Below, in pieces: positions 1 through 9,618 of a stretch of DNA of 64,000 nucleotides (position 1 is its first letter; each line of letters starts with the position of its first letter). The notes under the pieces were generated by a model that was not told where the DNA came from, did no database searches, and saw only the letters and a list, made by a program, of their open reading frames with translations. Source of the DNA: a virus (lineage: Duplodnaviria > Caudoviricetes); IMG/VR virus record IMGVR_UViG_2786546882_000003, positions 1-64,000 of that record; one strand, written 5' to 3'. The position numbers and the translations under genes are program-made.

Positions 1-114
1 AAACTACGACTGGCCAACAACCTTTTACACGCGATTTTCCACAGTGACGACTGAAGAGACGGGTCGAGAATTTTAACGGAACAAGACAAACGCATATCGA
101 AGGAAGAGGGCAAA

Positions 115-363
115 ATGCCAACTGACTCAAATCAAATGGCTAGAACAAGGGAAATGCTTGCCGCTTCTAGGGCAGCCCGTCAGCGAGCTGTCGCGGAATT
201 TCCATTGCGTGTCGCAAGTATCGCAGCGGATCTAAAAAAGATTTGTGACCTGCGTGATAGCGGGGCTGTCGTAAGCGATTCGATGCATGAAACCATGCGA
301 TACATGGAAGATCGAATCCGCGAGTGCTATCGGGAAACATTCGGAACCGAGCTTGGTCAGTAG
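115..363 (+). CDS. hypothetical protein
   Basis: 82-aa ORF, GAGG upstream of ATG. Confidence 0.6.
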   Translation: MPTDSNQMARTREMLAASRAARQRAVAEFPLRVASIAADLKKICDLRDSGAVVSDSMHETMRYMEDRIRECYRETFGTELGQ

Positions 364-585
364 GTTATCTGAAAACGGCGTGTAACGAGTCTCGGTAGAG
401 GAGAAGCGAATTGACCACGAAACGAGAACGCGCGTTGCTCAGGCTCGCCAGGAGACGACGATCAGAGGCACGTGAGCTTCGGCGCGAGAACGCGGCTCTG
501 AGAATGCGTCTTGAGTCGTATCCCCTACTACTGCAGGCACTGGCCGTAGTGCTTCGAAACCTCCCACTCAGCGGCATCAGATAAA

Positions 586-831
586 ATGCACACGACCGAG
601 ACAACGAACGGCCGCGTAAGCTTCAACGGAGATTTTTCCGGAGATGCCGTGTTTACGTTCACGACTGAACTCGGGGGATTGAAGCGAATGGAAGTCCCAG
701 TCCAAGACGTTCTGGACCTGGCCGCCGAGTTCGTACGCAGAGAGCAGATCTCACACGTATCCAATCGCGGCACCTACGAAACGCTAGTTGACAAACAACC
801 TCACGATCTCAAGTCGTGGGCCGGCAGCTAA
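586..831 (+). CDS. hypothetical protein
   Basis: 81-aa ORF in the + strand gene run. Confidence 0.6.
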   Translation: MHTTETTNGRVSFNGDFSGDAVFTFTTELGGLKRMEVPVQDVLDLAAEFVRREQISHVSNRGTYETLVDKQPHDLKSWAGS

Positions 832-887
832 GACTCCCATAACCCACGACATCACACCAATAATCCAGCAACTCAAGCACGGAGGGT

Positions 888-1244
888 GTGATGAACCTGA
901 TTTTGTTTTGCCTATTGCTCGGGCTTCCTTCCACAAACGCCCGCAGAATACATCGTGTTGACCTCATCGAAATCAATCACGTCTGCCGCCGGGATCAAAG
1001 CCAGTTCACTCAGATCATTATCTGGGACTGGTCACCGACGCTGAACCAGTACGTCGTTGTGGCGTGGCAGAACTCGCCGCCAGAGCCGATCATTAGCCGC
1101 GCTGGTGGAAGCTACCAGTTCCGCTGGAGGCTCACGGATCAAATCGTTCGGGCTGACAGCTACCGTGAGACCTGGACGCTAAACGACCCGGAACTGGACA
1201 ATCGCAAGGTCTGGCCAGTAGAACGACGGAGGCAACTGTGGTGA
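888..1244 (+). CDS. secreted hypothetical protein (VDLIEINH motif)
   Basis: GGAGG RBS, N-terminal signal peptide; VDLIEINH...W.W...ETWT..DPE pattern recalled from Planctomycete hypotheticals. Confidence 0.7.
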   Translation: MMNLILFCLLLGLPSTNARRIHRVDLIEINHVCRRDQSQFTQIIIWDWSPTLNQYVVVAWQNSPPEPIISRAGGSYQFRWRLTDQIVRADSYRETWTLNDPELDNRKVWPVERRRQLW

Positions 1245-1429
1245 AAATTGCTCGCATACTTCTAATCGGCTACTTGGTGGCCGCAGTCACCACGACGGTG
1301 TTTCTTCTGGTCGTCTCGTACCGAGCTGACGCAGATATGGGCTTCTTCGAGGCCGTCACCTACGGCATGAGCTGGCCAGTCACCTGGCTGCTCGGCCTCA
1401 TCTTCTGGCTCGCCGCCGAGAACCGCTAA
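1238..1429 (+). CDS. small membrane protein
   Basis: Two hydrophobic segments; overlaps upstream stop. Confidence 0.65.
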   Translation: MVKIARILLIGYLVAAVTTTVFLLVVSYRADADMGFFEAVTYGMSWPVTWLLGLIFWLAAENR

Positions 1430-1454
1430 CTGACTTTTACACGGGAGATCCGTA

Positions 1455-1802
1455 ATGCGTACGATCATCGCCGGAGGCCGAAACTACCACCTCTCACAAG
1501 CCGACTACGCGTTCCTTGACGAACTTGTCGACTCGATCACCGAAGTCGTCTGCGGCGGCGCCCAGGGGGCTGACGAGTGTGGCCGGAACTGGGCCATCCT
1601 AAACTCCATCCCCGTGAAGATGTTCCCGGCCAACTGGACAGACCACGGTAGAGCGGCCGGGCCCATCAGGAATCGCGAAATGGCCGCATATGGCGATCGA
1701 CTGATTGCATTCTGGGACGGCCAGTCGCGCGGCACAAAAAACATGATCGAGGAGGCCAAGAAGCAAGGCCTCGAGGTTATCGTAAGGAAACCCGGCGAAT
1801 AG
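1455..1802 (+). CDS. SLOG-family (DUF2493/YspA-like) protein
   Basis: IIAGGRNY, GGAQGAD, AGPIRNREM, AFWDGQSRGT motifs. Confidence 0.9.
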   Translation: MRTIIAGGRNYHLSQADYAFLDELVDSITEVVCGGAQGADECGRNWAILNSIPVKMFPANWTDHGRAAGPIRNREMAAYGDRLIAFWDGQSRGTKNMIEEAKKQGLEVIVRKPGE

Positions 1803-1851
1803 CGGCCGATCCTGGCCAAGGAAACTTTTTTGAGAATCTGCTCTGAAGGTG

Positions 1852-1879
1852 TTGACTTGCTGTTGCCGTTTTGAATAAT
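1852..1879 (+). promoter_or_regulatory. sigma70-like promoter (phage early class)
   Basis: TTGACT-16nt (containing TTGCCG)-AATAAT, followed by degenerate leader ATGCCGCAAG...GTTTCCTTCC. Confidence 0.6.
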
Positions 1880-1928
1880 GGCAAATGCCGCAAGTAAAGT
1901 TTCCTTCCTTCAGCCAAAGGGCAAAGCC

Positions 1929-2543
1929 GTGCAGCTGAGACAGATCAAGTGTCTTCGTCGGCACAAGCCGCCAACACTCAATGCCATCAAGCATTACCTC
2001 TACTGCAATCCAGACGGCCGCGATGTCGTAAACGGTCGCCGCTGCGTCAAATACGTGAAGACGCGGTTGTTGTACGCGACGATCACGCAGGGGTGGCTGA
2101 CTGACGCACACTTCTTGATGCGGATCCCGGAGACCGGATCACTTCAGGCCAAACTCGACGCGATCGTCGCCGAGATCTGCAGCGGCAAGAACAAGCTGAA
2201 AGAGACTTTGCCGGATCCGGCTGAGTGCCCATCGGTTCCGCTGAATGGAATCATGCCAAAGTTTCGTCCAAACAGCGATTTCGAGCTTGTGCCGAGCGAA
2301 ACCGGTGTCACGGATCTACCCGAACCGGACGTGAGCACACGATACGGTCGGACTGGGCACTTGCGGACGATCCTTCCGCATTCGAGCGAACCGCACAAGC
2401 ACTACCGTTTCGACGCCAATCTCTGGCGGTTCATGCAGATGCACTGGCCACAGGCCGAGTTGTCGGTGTGGGATAACGGCGCGGGTCATTACCTCACCGC
2501 GTGGGTAAATGATGACCTAGTCGGTTTGACAATGGGTGTGTAG
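1929..2543 (+). CDS. hypothetical protein
   Basis: ORF 1878..2543; GTG start at 1929 chosen because it lies downstream of the promoter/leader. Confidence 0.7.
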   Translation: MQLRQIKCLRRHKPPTLNAIKHYLYCNPDGRDVVNGRRCVKYVKTRLLYATITQGWLTDAHFLMRIPETGSLQAKLDAIVAEICSGKNKLKETLPDPAECPSVPLNGIMPKFRPNSDFELVPSETGVTDLPEPDVSTRYGRTGHLRTILPHSSEPHKHYRFDANLWRFMQMHWPQAELSVWDNGAGHYLTAWVNDDLVGLTMGV

Positions 2544-2586
2544 CAGAGAGTTTAGTTTTTCACCACTTGCAATGGGTAACGGAGCA

Positions 2587-4626
2587 ATGCAAACAAAAGT
2601 CCGAGTCAGTACGTTTCAGCCGTTTGCGAAAGCAATCAACCGTCAATTTGAGTCGATGTCCGCGAATGGCGATCCGCTGTTTGTCGTTGACATCAGCCGA
2701 GACGATCTCTGGGCACACTACCTCAATTCATTTCCACCAGGATCGAATCCGATCTTCCGCACAAATACGGAGCATGACTGCAGTTGCTGCCGGCACTTCG
2801 TGAAGAATGTCGCCGGCGTCGTCCGCATAGTAGACGGAAAGCTTGTCTCAGTCTGGGATGTCGAAGGTTTGGCGTCGCCGTACAAAGAGGTGGCGGAAGC
2901 GATGTCGCAAGTCGTCAGACGGGCGCAGATTGCCGGCGTATTCCGCACAAGCTTCAGTCAATTCGGTGCCGAACGGACGACCGAATGCTCAGATGGTGCC
3001 GAGATCGACTGGCATCACTTCTACTGCTACGTTCCGAAAGCGTATCAGACGCTGAATGTCGACGCCGAAATCGGCAACGTCAATTCGATCGCTGGCGTGT
3101 TCCGTCGTGGTCTGGAAGAACTGACGTCTGAGTCTCTTGAAGACATCCTCTCACTAATCGAAGACAAGCAGCTGTACCGTGGCGAAGAGCACGAACGGAG
3201 CGTAAGGGGATTCCGAGACCTTCATCGGAAGTACCAGGAACTTGCCGGCTTGCCGTCACGGGCGTTATGCGAACGTTACCGACATCTTTTTGTCTGGGAT
3301 AACGTGTTCTCGCCGGCTGCTCGGTTCCGAAACAGTGTGATCGGTACGCTTGCCCAAGACCTGTCGGAAGGTGTTGAACTGGAAACAGCGGTCAAGTCGT
3401 TCGAGAGCAAGGTTGCACCGCAGAACTACAAGCGGCCGAAGTCGCTGATCACGCCGCGTATGATCGCGGCGGCTATGGAAACGATCGAAGGCCTTGGGTT
3501 GGAAGACGCGTTGCACCGTAGGCATGCGACATTCTCTGACGTCAGCGTGAACAACGTACTATTCGTTGATAACGAGATCCGTGGGCGAATGCGTGATGGA
3601 GGCGTGGCCGACTTGCTTATGCAAGAGGCCAGAGTGCCAACGCCGTCGTTCGATTCCGCGACGGAAATCAGTATCGACGAGTTTCTGAGCAATGTGGTCC
3701 CGACGGCCGATTCTATTGACATGCTGCTGGAAAACCGCATGACCGGAAACTTCGCCAGCATCACGGCACCAGCAATCCCAGAGGCAAAGCGGATCCTGAA
3801 ATGGAGTAACAACTTTGCTTGGACGTACGACGGCAACGTGGCCGACAGCATCAAGGAACGGGTCAAGCGGGCTGGCGGCAAGATTGACGCGTACTTCCGA
3901 GCCAGCCTCAGCTGGTACAACTACGATGACCTCGATATCCACATGCGTACTCCGCGTGGAGATCACATCTACTTTGGCCGAAAGGCCGGCATTCTCGACG
4001 TTGACATGAATGCCGGTAGCGGACGAAGCCGCGAGCCTGTTGAAAACATGGTTCTCGACAAGTTACACGACGGGGTGTACAGCATTTGGGTCAACCAATA
4101 CTTCCAGCGCGAGACCTCAAACGTCGGCTTTGAGGTAGAGCTTGAGTGCGACGGGATTCTGGAGCACTTCTCATACGACAGACCAATGCGATCTGACGAG
4201 AACGTAGACGTATTCAAGGTCCGCGTTGAGCGAGGCCAGATCAAAGAGGTAGTTCCCTCTAGCAAAGTGAAGTCGACCGCCAAGTCAATTGAGAAGTGGG
4301 GCCTGACGACGAACAACCTCGTCCGCGTGAACACGCTGCTGCTGAGCCCGAACCACTGGGATGACAACAGCGTCGGTAACCGGCACTGGTTCTTCATCCT
4401 CGATGGATGTCACAACCCTGATCCGATCCGAGGGTTGTACAACGAGTTCCTACAGCCGTCGCTGGAGCAGCACCGCAAAGTGTTCGAGGTGCTCGGTGAC
4501 AAGCTAAAGTGCCAGCCGTCTGACGACCAACTCAGCGGGGTTGGTTTCTCCTCAACTCGAAAAGACACGGCGGTGGTCGTCGTGCAATCGGGCACAAAGA
4601 AGCGCCCGTACAAGATCGTCTTCTAA
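2587..4626 (+). CDS. large conserved phage protein (HDCSCC N-terminus; DLDIH/LDVDMN YfaP-like region)
   Basis: ~680-aa ORF, GGAG RBS; motifs EHDCSCCRHF, LSWYNYDDLDIH, LDVDMNAG, QLSGVGFSST. Confidence 0.85.
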   Translation: MQTKVRVSTFQPFAKAINRQFESMSANGDPLFVVDISRDDLWAHYLNSFPPGSNPIFRTNTEHDCSCCRHFVKNVAGVVRIVDGKLVSVWDVEGLASPYKEVAEAMSQVVRRAQIAGVFRTSFSQFGAERTTECSDGAEIDWHHFYCYVPKAYQTLNVDAEIGNVNSIAGVFRRGLEELTSESLEDILSLIEDKQLYRGEEHERSVRGFRDLHRKYQELAGLPSRALCERYRHLFVWDNVFSPAARFRNSVIGTLAQDLSEGVELETAVKSFESKVAPQNYKRPKSLITPRMIAAAMETIEGLGLEDALHRRHATFSDVSVNNVLFVDNEIRGRMRDGGVADLLMQEARVPTPSFDSATEISIDEFLSNVVPTADSIDMLLENRMTGNFASITAPAIPEAKRILKWSNNFAWTYDGNVADSIKERVKRAGGKIDAYFRASLSWYNYDDLDIHMRTPRGDHIYFGRKAGILDVDMNAGSGRSREPVENMVLDKLHDGVYSIWVNQYFQRETSNVGFEVELECDGILEHFSYDRPMRSDENVDVFKVRVERGQIKEVVPSSKVKSTAKSIEKWGLTTNNLVRVNTLLLSPNHWDDNSVGNRHWFFILDGCHNPDPIRGLYNEFLQPSLEQHRKVFEVLGDKLKCQPSDDQLSGVGFSSTRKDTAVVVVQSGTKKRPYKIVF

Positions 4627-4668
4627 CTTTCGTTTCGGTTTTCTGACCACCAAGAAGGAAATAGTGCA

Positions 4669-5070
4669 GTGGATATTTTTGCCAAAGCTACCAAGATCAA
4701 GTTGCGTTTTGATTCCAGCGTTGGCGCGCTGGCCGTTGAACAGCTGTGGGATCTGCCCCTGACCAGCGAGCGGAAAGTCAACCTCGACGGCCTGGCCCGA
4801 GCGGTCAACCGTGAACTGAAAGAGACCGCTGAAGAAAGTTTCGTGCAGACCAAACCGGACCCACGCCGGGAGCAACTTTCGCTTCAACTGGAAATCCTCA
4901 AATTCATCATTAACTTCCGGCTCGATGAGAACCGGAAGAAGACGCAGGCCGCTCAACTCGAAACTGAACGCGAGCGGCTGAAGAGCATCCTCGAGACCAA
5001 GAAAGCACAGGCTCTCGAGAACCTCAGCGTCGAGGAAATTGAACAGCGACTCGCGTCGCTTGGCGCCTAG
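4669..5070 (+). CDS. conserved phage coiled-coil protein, probable partner of upstream gene
   Basis: KLRFDSSVG.L.VEQLWDLPL motif, C-terminal coiled coil. Confidence 0.85.
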   Translation: MDIFAKATKIKLRFDSSVGALAVEQLWDLPLTSERKVNLDGLARAVNRELKETAEESFVQTKPDPRREQLSLQLEILKFIINFRLDENRKKTQAAQLETERERLKSILETKKAQALENLSVEEIEQRLASLGA

Positions 5071-5417
5071 TCTCTTCCAGCAAGCGACCAAGGCATACGA
5101 TTGATCTGACACTTGGACCACCGGAGCGACGAGTAGATCGGCAGACGAGGGTGAGTCGACAGCGAACCCGCCGGTGAAGTTTGAGACGTGAGGCAGGCTA
5201 CCGATCGGCCAGAACCACAGGGGATGTCCAATGAAGCGCTAATTGATGCCGGAGGGCGAAACACTCCAACATGAAATAAGGGCACGCCACTGTTGCCGTG
5301 GTGGCCACCTGGGGCCAGGGAATCGACCAGGACTTGAAAGGCTACTGGCTTTAGCGAACAGCGAGCCGGCATTGATCCGACGCCAGCGGGGAGCCGATCG
5401 CTTTTTATTTTGGACCT

Positions 5418-5858
5418 GTGATGACGAAGCTCACGAGACAGCAGCTGCCGACACTTGTGGAAGTCTCCACTGTGATCCGAACCGTAAACGGCCGGACTGT
5501 TGAGCGACGCGCCCGTGAGCACCTCAACGTCAGAATTGTGCGAAGTGATCTATCACTCTACGAAGACGACCAAGTTGACATTGAGGAAATGTCCATCGAG
5601 GTCGGAAACGGGGTGGATCACGCGGGGAAGAAGCGATGGTTCATAAACGCTATTCGGCTCCGCGTTTGGGATAAGCATATTGGCTATCGGGCCAGTCGCG
5701 ACAACTCGGCACAGGGCATTCGAATCGATTTGAGCATTCAGCTGTCTGGCCGCGATCAAGAGGTCTTCGGCCAGCGGTTCAAACTGCACGACTCATTCGA
5801 AGAGGGCCATCGTGACGGCAAGCAGAAGTCAACGACGCTTTTCTTTGTGGGCATCTAA
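5418..5858 (+). CDS. hypothetical protein
   Basis: 146-aa ORF in gene run. Confidence 0.6.
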   Translation: MMTKLTRQQLPTLVEVSTVIRTVNGRTVERRAREHLNVRIVRSDLSLYEDDQVDIEEMSIEVGNGVDHAGKKRWFINAIRLRVWDKHIGYRASRDNSAQGIRIDLSIQLSGRDQEVFGQRFKLHDSFEEGHRDGKQKSTTLFFVGI

Positions 5859-5878
5859 CAATACAAACGGAGCGAGAA

Positions 5879-6439
5879 ATGATCGTCTGCCCTGAATGCC
5901 GTGGTGAACGGAAAATAAGAACCTTTGGGGTCGTCTGTATTCCTGGTTTTGGTGCAAGTGACCCGTCTGGCCATATTTGGTGCCCTTTATGCGATGCGAC
6001 TGGATCCATATCAGAATCGCGAATGCGGCTTTTTAAACTTGGCCAGAACATACGAGAATACCGAGAACGTACTCTCAGTCTTGGGTTGCGGGAAGCCGCA
6101 GAGAAATGGGGGACAACACCGTCGAAACTTACTGCAATTGAGAGTGGCCTTGCGGAAAGTGAATGGAGACCACCTGGGTTTCCGAAACATCTTGAAATTC
6201 AGCCGCCAGTAAAAGAGGGATGGGTTGTTAACGGCTGCGATGATCGCCGCCTTCTGCATGACGACGAGCAGTTTCGGAAGCGCGCTCTGGAAGCACTCTA
6301 TATTGCTATAGACCCAGGTGGAGGGCGAATGATGTCGCAACTGGAGCGTAACGAGATGTTTAGGCTCATAGGTCTTGTTGACGAACTGTCTTTCTCACTT
6401 GTTGGCGGGGTTCCGACAGCTCACGAGCGGTTTACATGA
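5879..6439 (+). CDS. DnaJ-type Zn-finger plus XRE-like HTH protein
   Basis: CPECRG...CPLCDATG then IREYRER...LREAAEKWG.TPSKLTAIESG. Confidence 0.75.
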   Translation: MIVCPECRGERKIRTFGVVCIPGFGASDPSGHIWCPLCDATGSISESRMRLFKLGQNIREYRERTLSLGLREAAEKWGTTPSKLTAIESGLAESEWRPPGFPKHLEIQPPVKEGWVVNGCDDRRLLHDDEQFRKRALEALYIAIDPGGGRMMSQLERNEMFRLIGLVDELSFSLVGGVPTAHERFT

Positions 6440-6684
6440 TGCCGCAAAAAATTAAGAGCGCCGTGCGATTCGCGTTCAAGTGCCTGCGCGGCATGACAAC
6501 GGCTGCGATATTCTGCATAGCAGCACCCATGTATGTAATGTGCAGTCCGATCTGGATTGTCGGAGCTGCGTACAACTGGGCCAATGACCAGCACGACCGA
6601 CCCTTCAAATCACACTTCTACTGGCTTGCGTTCAAATCTGAGCACGAGCGGGAACGTTGGTTAGAGTCTGGCAAAGAGTGGTAA
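6436..6684 (+). CDS. hypothetical membrane protein
   Basis: ATGA overlap, hydrophobic stretch. Confidence 0.6.
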   Translation: MMPQKIKSAVRFAFKCLRGMTTAAIFCIAAPMYVMCSPIWIVGAAYNWANDQHDRPFKSHFYWLAFKSEHERERWLESGKEW

Positions 6685-6712
6685 CTAGCTTCACATCCCA
6701 AACGGAATTGAT

Positions 6713-6922
6713 ATGACCTACATCGACAAACGCATGGCGATGATATTCAACGAGTGGGCCCGGCGGTACAGCGAGTCGCCGGAGAGTTTCACGGAGGTGC
6801 TCGACGCAGACGGCAAGCCAATTGAAGACTACGGCGAATGCTGCGTGGAGACATTCAAGTCCATCGCCGATGAAATGGACGCGAAAGGTCTTCTGCCGAC
6901 GGGCCCCGACAATGCACGGTAG
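6713..6922 (+). CDS. hypothetical protein
   Basis: 69-aa ORF. Confidence 0.6.
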   Translation: MTYIDKRMAMIFNEWARRYSESPESFTEVLDADGKPIEDYGECCVETFKSIADEMDAKGLLPTGPDNAR

Positions 6923-7112
6923 CCTTCGAAGCATTGTCGGCCGGGTTGAGCGACTGGTTGACATCGAGCTCGCCGCGCGAGAGTTGCTTGAGCAAATCGC
7001 CGTGTCTGATGCGGCCGAGGGCGTTGGCGATCGGACTCCAGAGGAAAATGCCGCGATTGCGAATCTTGAGAAAGCCGTCATCGGCGTCTCTACCAGAAAG
7101 GTCTCGCAGTGA
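6912..7112 (+). CDS. hypothetical protein
   Basis: ATG at 6912 overlaps upstream gene; GTGA overlap downstream. Confidence 0.5.
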   Translation: MHGSLRSIVGRVERLVDIELAARELLEQIAVSDAAEGVGDRTPEENAAIANLEKAVIGVSTRKVSQ

Positions 7113-7468
7113 ACGACCAAGCCAAAAAGTTTCTCTACGTGATTCCGGAAAAGAAACCGACCGGCTGGTTCATTCTTCCAGACGGCCGAAAGGTCAACAG
7201 ACACGGGTGGATCACACACGACACCAGAGTTCGTCTGACATACCACTACACCAGAGTCGTGCTGAAGACCCGCTGGGTAACGTACGGCCCGGAAGACATC
7301 GACTACCTCGTCTACGCCGGCCTCATCAAGGAAGAATTTGCCGCTCCGCGTGACCAAGGCTCGAATCTAACCCCCGCCATGAGCCTTAGGTTCATGTCAC
7401 TCGACCCAGGCCCCATCGGTTCCTGCTGGGGATACGCCAGCGTAAAGCCGCCGAGAGATGGCGACTAG
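7109..7468 (+). CDS. hypothetical protein
   Basis: 119-aa ORF. Confidence 0.6.
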   Translation: MNDQAKKFLYVIPEKKPTGWFILPDGRKVNRHGWITHDTRVRLTYHYTRVVLKTRWVTYGPEDIDYLVYAGLIKEEFAAPRDQGSNLTPAMSLRFMSLDPGPIGSCWGYASVKPPRDGD

Positions 7469-7497
7469 ACTATTTTTGCCATTTTCTTTTGTCGCCA

Positions 7498-7545
7498 TTG
7501 ACCGCCATTTGCCGATCAGTATAATACTTGACGTCGCAAGCAAGT
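7498..7545 (+). promoter_or_regulatory. sigma70-like promoter plus GTCGCAAG hairpin
   Basis: TTGACC-16nt-TATAAT (7498-7525), then ACTTG-acgtcgcaag-CAAGT. Confidence 0.8.
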
Positions 7546-7566
7546 CTACTGAGCCGTGAGGGCAAA

Positions 7567-7872
7567 ATGACCATTCAATACCAGCTGGCCAATGGCGCGA
7601 TCGTAAAGCCGGCCAAGGACTGCAACTGCGTGACCCATGAGGGCCCGCACTGGTTGCACATGGACCGACTGGACGCCGACAGCGAGCGGGCTGAGTACGA
7701 CTTGATCGAGGCCGAACTCGCTCGTGTCGAAGCCGACGGCGGATTCAAGTGCCTGCAGCACAAGTCCAACATCAACCATCGCATGGTACATCTCGCCAAG
7801 CGGGCGATGCGTCGACTCCAAGAGAAGAAACGAATCATGCAATCCCTGCAGATCGTTCGTATCATCACATAA
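7567..7872 (+). CDS. hypothetical protein (C.C..H.GPHW)
   Basis: GAGG RBS, follows promoter. Confidence 0.7.
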   Translation: MTIQYQLANGAIVKPAKDCNCVTHEGPHWLHMDRLDADSERAEYDLIEAELARVEADGGFKCLQHKSNINHRMVHLAKRAMRRLQEKKRIMQSLQIVRIIT

Positions 7873-7890
7873 CCACGAAGGGGCACGGTC

Positions 7891-8106
7891 GTGCAGTTCA
7901 GTGACATTTGGAATCGGTTGTGCCAGAAACAGGAACGTCTCAATGACGGAGACGCCGAGGTTACCTTCAAGTCCGAAAACCTGAAGAAACTTCTGCGTCA
8001 GGTCTATGACCAAGGCGAGAGTGCCGGCCGCAAAGCTGGCGAGGCGAAAGCCGCATCCAACTCACAGCAATACAGCGACTTCTTTTCGTCGATGTTTGGC
8101 CAGTAG
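7891..8106 (+). CDS. hypothetical protein
   Basis: 71-aa ORF. Confidence 0.65.
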   Translation: MQFSDIWNRLCQKQERLNDGDAEVTFKSENLKKLLRQVYDQGESAGRKAGEAKAASNSQQYSDFFSSMFGQ

Positions 8107-8117
8107 ACCTGGCCATA

Positions 8118-8169
8118 AGCCGTTGTCGCAAGCGGCTGTTTCCTTTCACGATCACGAGGGGGTTTTTTT
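8118..8169 (+). promoter_or_regulatory. GTCGCAAG hairpin leader followed by weak terminator-like hairpin and U tract
   Basis: AGCCG-ttgtcgcaag-CGGCT-GTTTCCTTTCAC...GAGGGGG-TTTTTTT. Confidence 0.7.
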
Positions 8170-8201
8170 AATACCTCACACCAAAACAATAAGGTGCCGA
8201 C

Positions 8202-8801
8202 ATGAATAATGCGAAAACGCATACGCTTCTAACCGCAGATACGTGTAATTGCGGAGGTAAGTCAGGCCGTTGTCCGGTATGCGACTACGGTCTAGGTGTT
8301 TGTTCTGTTTGCGGTGGTGCTGAATGCCAACTTGACGACTACTCATGCGCTGATCTACTCGCTGATAGGCGAATTAAGAAATGCCCTCATTGTAACTTTC
8401 CTAGGCCAGCGGACGTTGAGCCGTGGCAAAGATGCTCAAAATGTGGACGTGATACTTCAGCTAAACACTCGGTACATGAAGTTTCTGATCCTGTACGAGA
8501 CGAGGCGGTATCACTACGGGCTAACATCCTCGACGAGATCACCGAAGAACGAGAGCGACAAATTGCCTTAGCCCATGGTGGTGACACCCAGTCGTTCGAC
8601 AAAGCAAACGGAATGAATGACTGGGTGGCGTACATCACTGCATATGCTGGCCGCGCGGCCGAAAAAGTGTACCGCAACCAGCGTGAGTCTGAACTCAACG
8701 GGAAAGATTCATGCGACAAGAAACGGTTTCGGGAAAACATGGTAAAAGTCGCCGCTTTGGCATTGGCTGCGATTGAAGCTCATGAGAACGGTTATTGTTA
8801 A
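8202..8801 (+). CDS. Cys-rich Zn-finger protein with C-terminal helical (MazG-like) domain
   Basis: Multiple CxxC; EERERQ...NDWVAYI...VKVAALALAAIE. Confidence 0.65.
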   Translation: MNNAKTHTLLTADTCNCGGKSGRCPVCDYGLGVCSVCGGAECQLDDYSCADLLADRRIKKCPHCNFPRPADVEPWQRCSKCGRDTSAKHSVHEVSDPVRDEAVSLRANILDEITEERERQIALAHGGDTQSFDKANGMNDWVAYITAYAGRAAEKVYRNQRESELNGKDSCDKKRFRENMVKVAALALAAIEAHENGYC

Positions 8802-8860
8802 TTAACAGAAGACAAATCCAAACTGATGAAGTCAATCGGCTTCTCTTCTGGAGACGCGAA

Positions 8861-9148
8861 ATGCGACTGACCAATACTCAGCGCGAGATTGTCCGCAAGC
8901 TGCACGCGGGTGCCTGGATCGACGCGACAGTGCTCTCCGAGCCGCTGAAGCTGGTCACATGGGATAAGCACGAGGTAATCCGCCGCGATACCTTCGAGAA
9001 GCTGATGCCGCTGCTGTACTGCCGGCGTGTCGAAAATGGCTACAAGCTGCCGGACGGCAGTACGCTTGTCTCTTCGCGACACGCCGTACAGTTGATGCTA
9101 CTGAAGCACGAGATCCCCGAGTCGGTGAAGAAACAATGCAAGATCTGA
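8861..9148 (+). CDS. hypothetical protein
   Basis: GGAG RBS before ATG 8861. Confidence 0.6.
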   Translation: MRLTNTQREIVRKLHAGAWIDATVLSEPLKLVTWDKHEVIRRDTFEKLMPLLYCRRVENGYKLPDGSTLVSSRHAVQLMLLKHEIPESVKKQCKI

Positions 9149-9615
9149 AGAAACGGCCGGCAATGATCAACCCCGTGAAAGCGCCTGTGCTCAGACGGAG
9201 CTACACGAATCCCAATTCGCAGGGCACTTTGATCACGCAGACAAAGAACTGGCCAGGAGCCGGATCACGAATTGGATCCTGCGTCGACTCCTATGGTAAC
9301 TGTGTCACGCGGGTTGTCGGCAAGCCTGAATCGGTTCCGGAAGGGCTTAAACTTGGGTCCGATTACGTCGACCGGATGTGGGAACGTGACAAATCCGGGT
9401 GGGACAAATTCACCGAGACGATGGGCGGACTGACTGGCCAGCATATGGGCTTGTCAGAACTGGCGATATCGGCAACGGACGAGATGCTGACTAAAGCAAT
9501 GAGCGAGTATGCCGGGCGTGAAGTTGTGGCGGTTCGCTGGGTCTATTTCTACAACGTCTCGACCGGCTACGACTCCCAGCGAATTGACTTTTTGTACCGG
9601 CCACTGGAGGAGTGA
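9136..9615 (+). CDS. hypothetical protein
   Basis: 159-aa ORF. Confidence 0.65.
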   Translation: MQDLKKRPAMINPVKAPVLRRSYTNPNSQGTLITQTKNWPGAGSRIGSCVDSYGNCVTRVVGKPESVPEGLKLGSDYVDRMWERDKSGWDKFTETMGGLTGQHMGLSELAISATDEMLTKAMSEYAGREVVAVRWVYFYNVSTGYDSQRIDFLYRPLEE

Positions 9616-9618
9616 GAA

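Noticed and set aside
211-218. GTCGCAAG occurrences inside coding regions (211, 2904, 59686)
   Set aside because: No downstream TTCCTTCC box; a few chance 8-mer hits are expected
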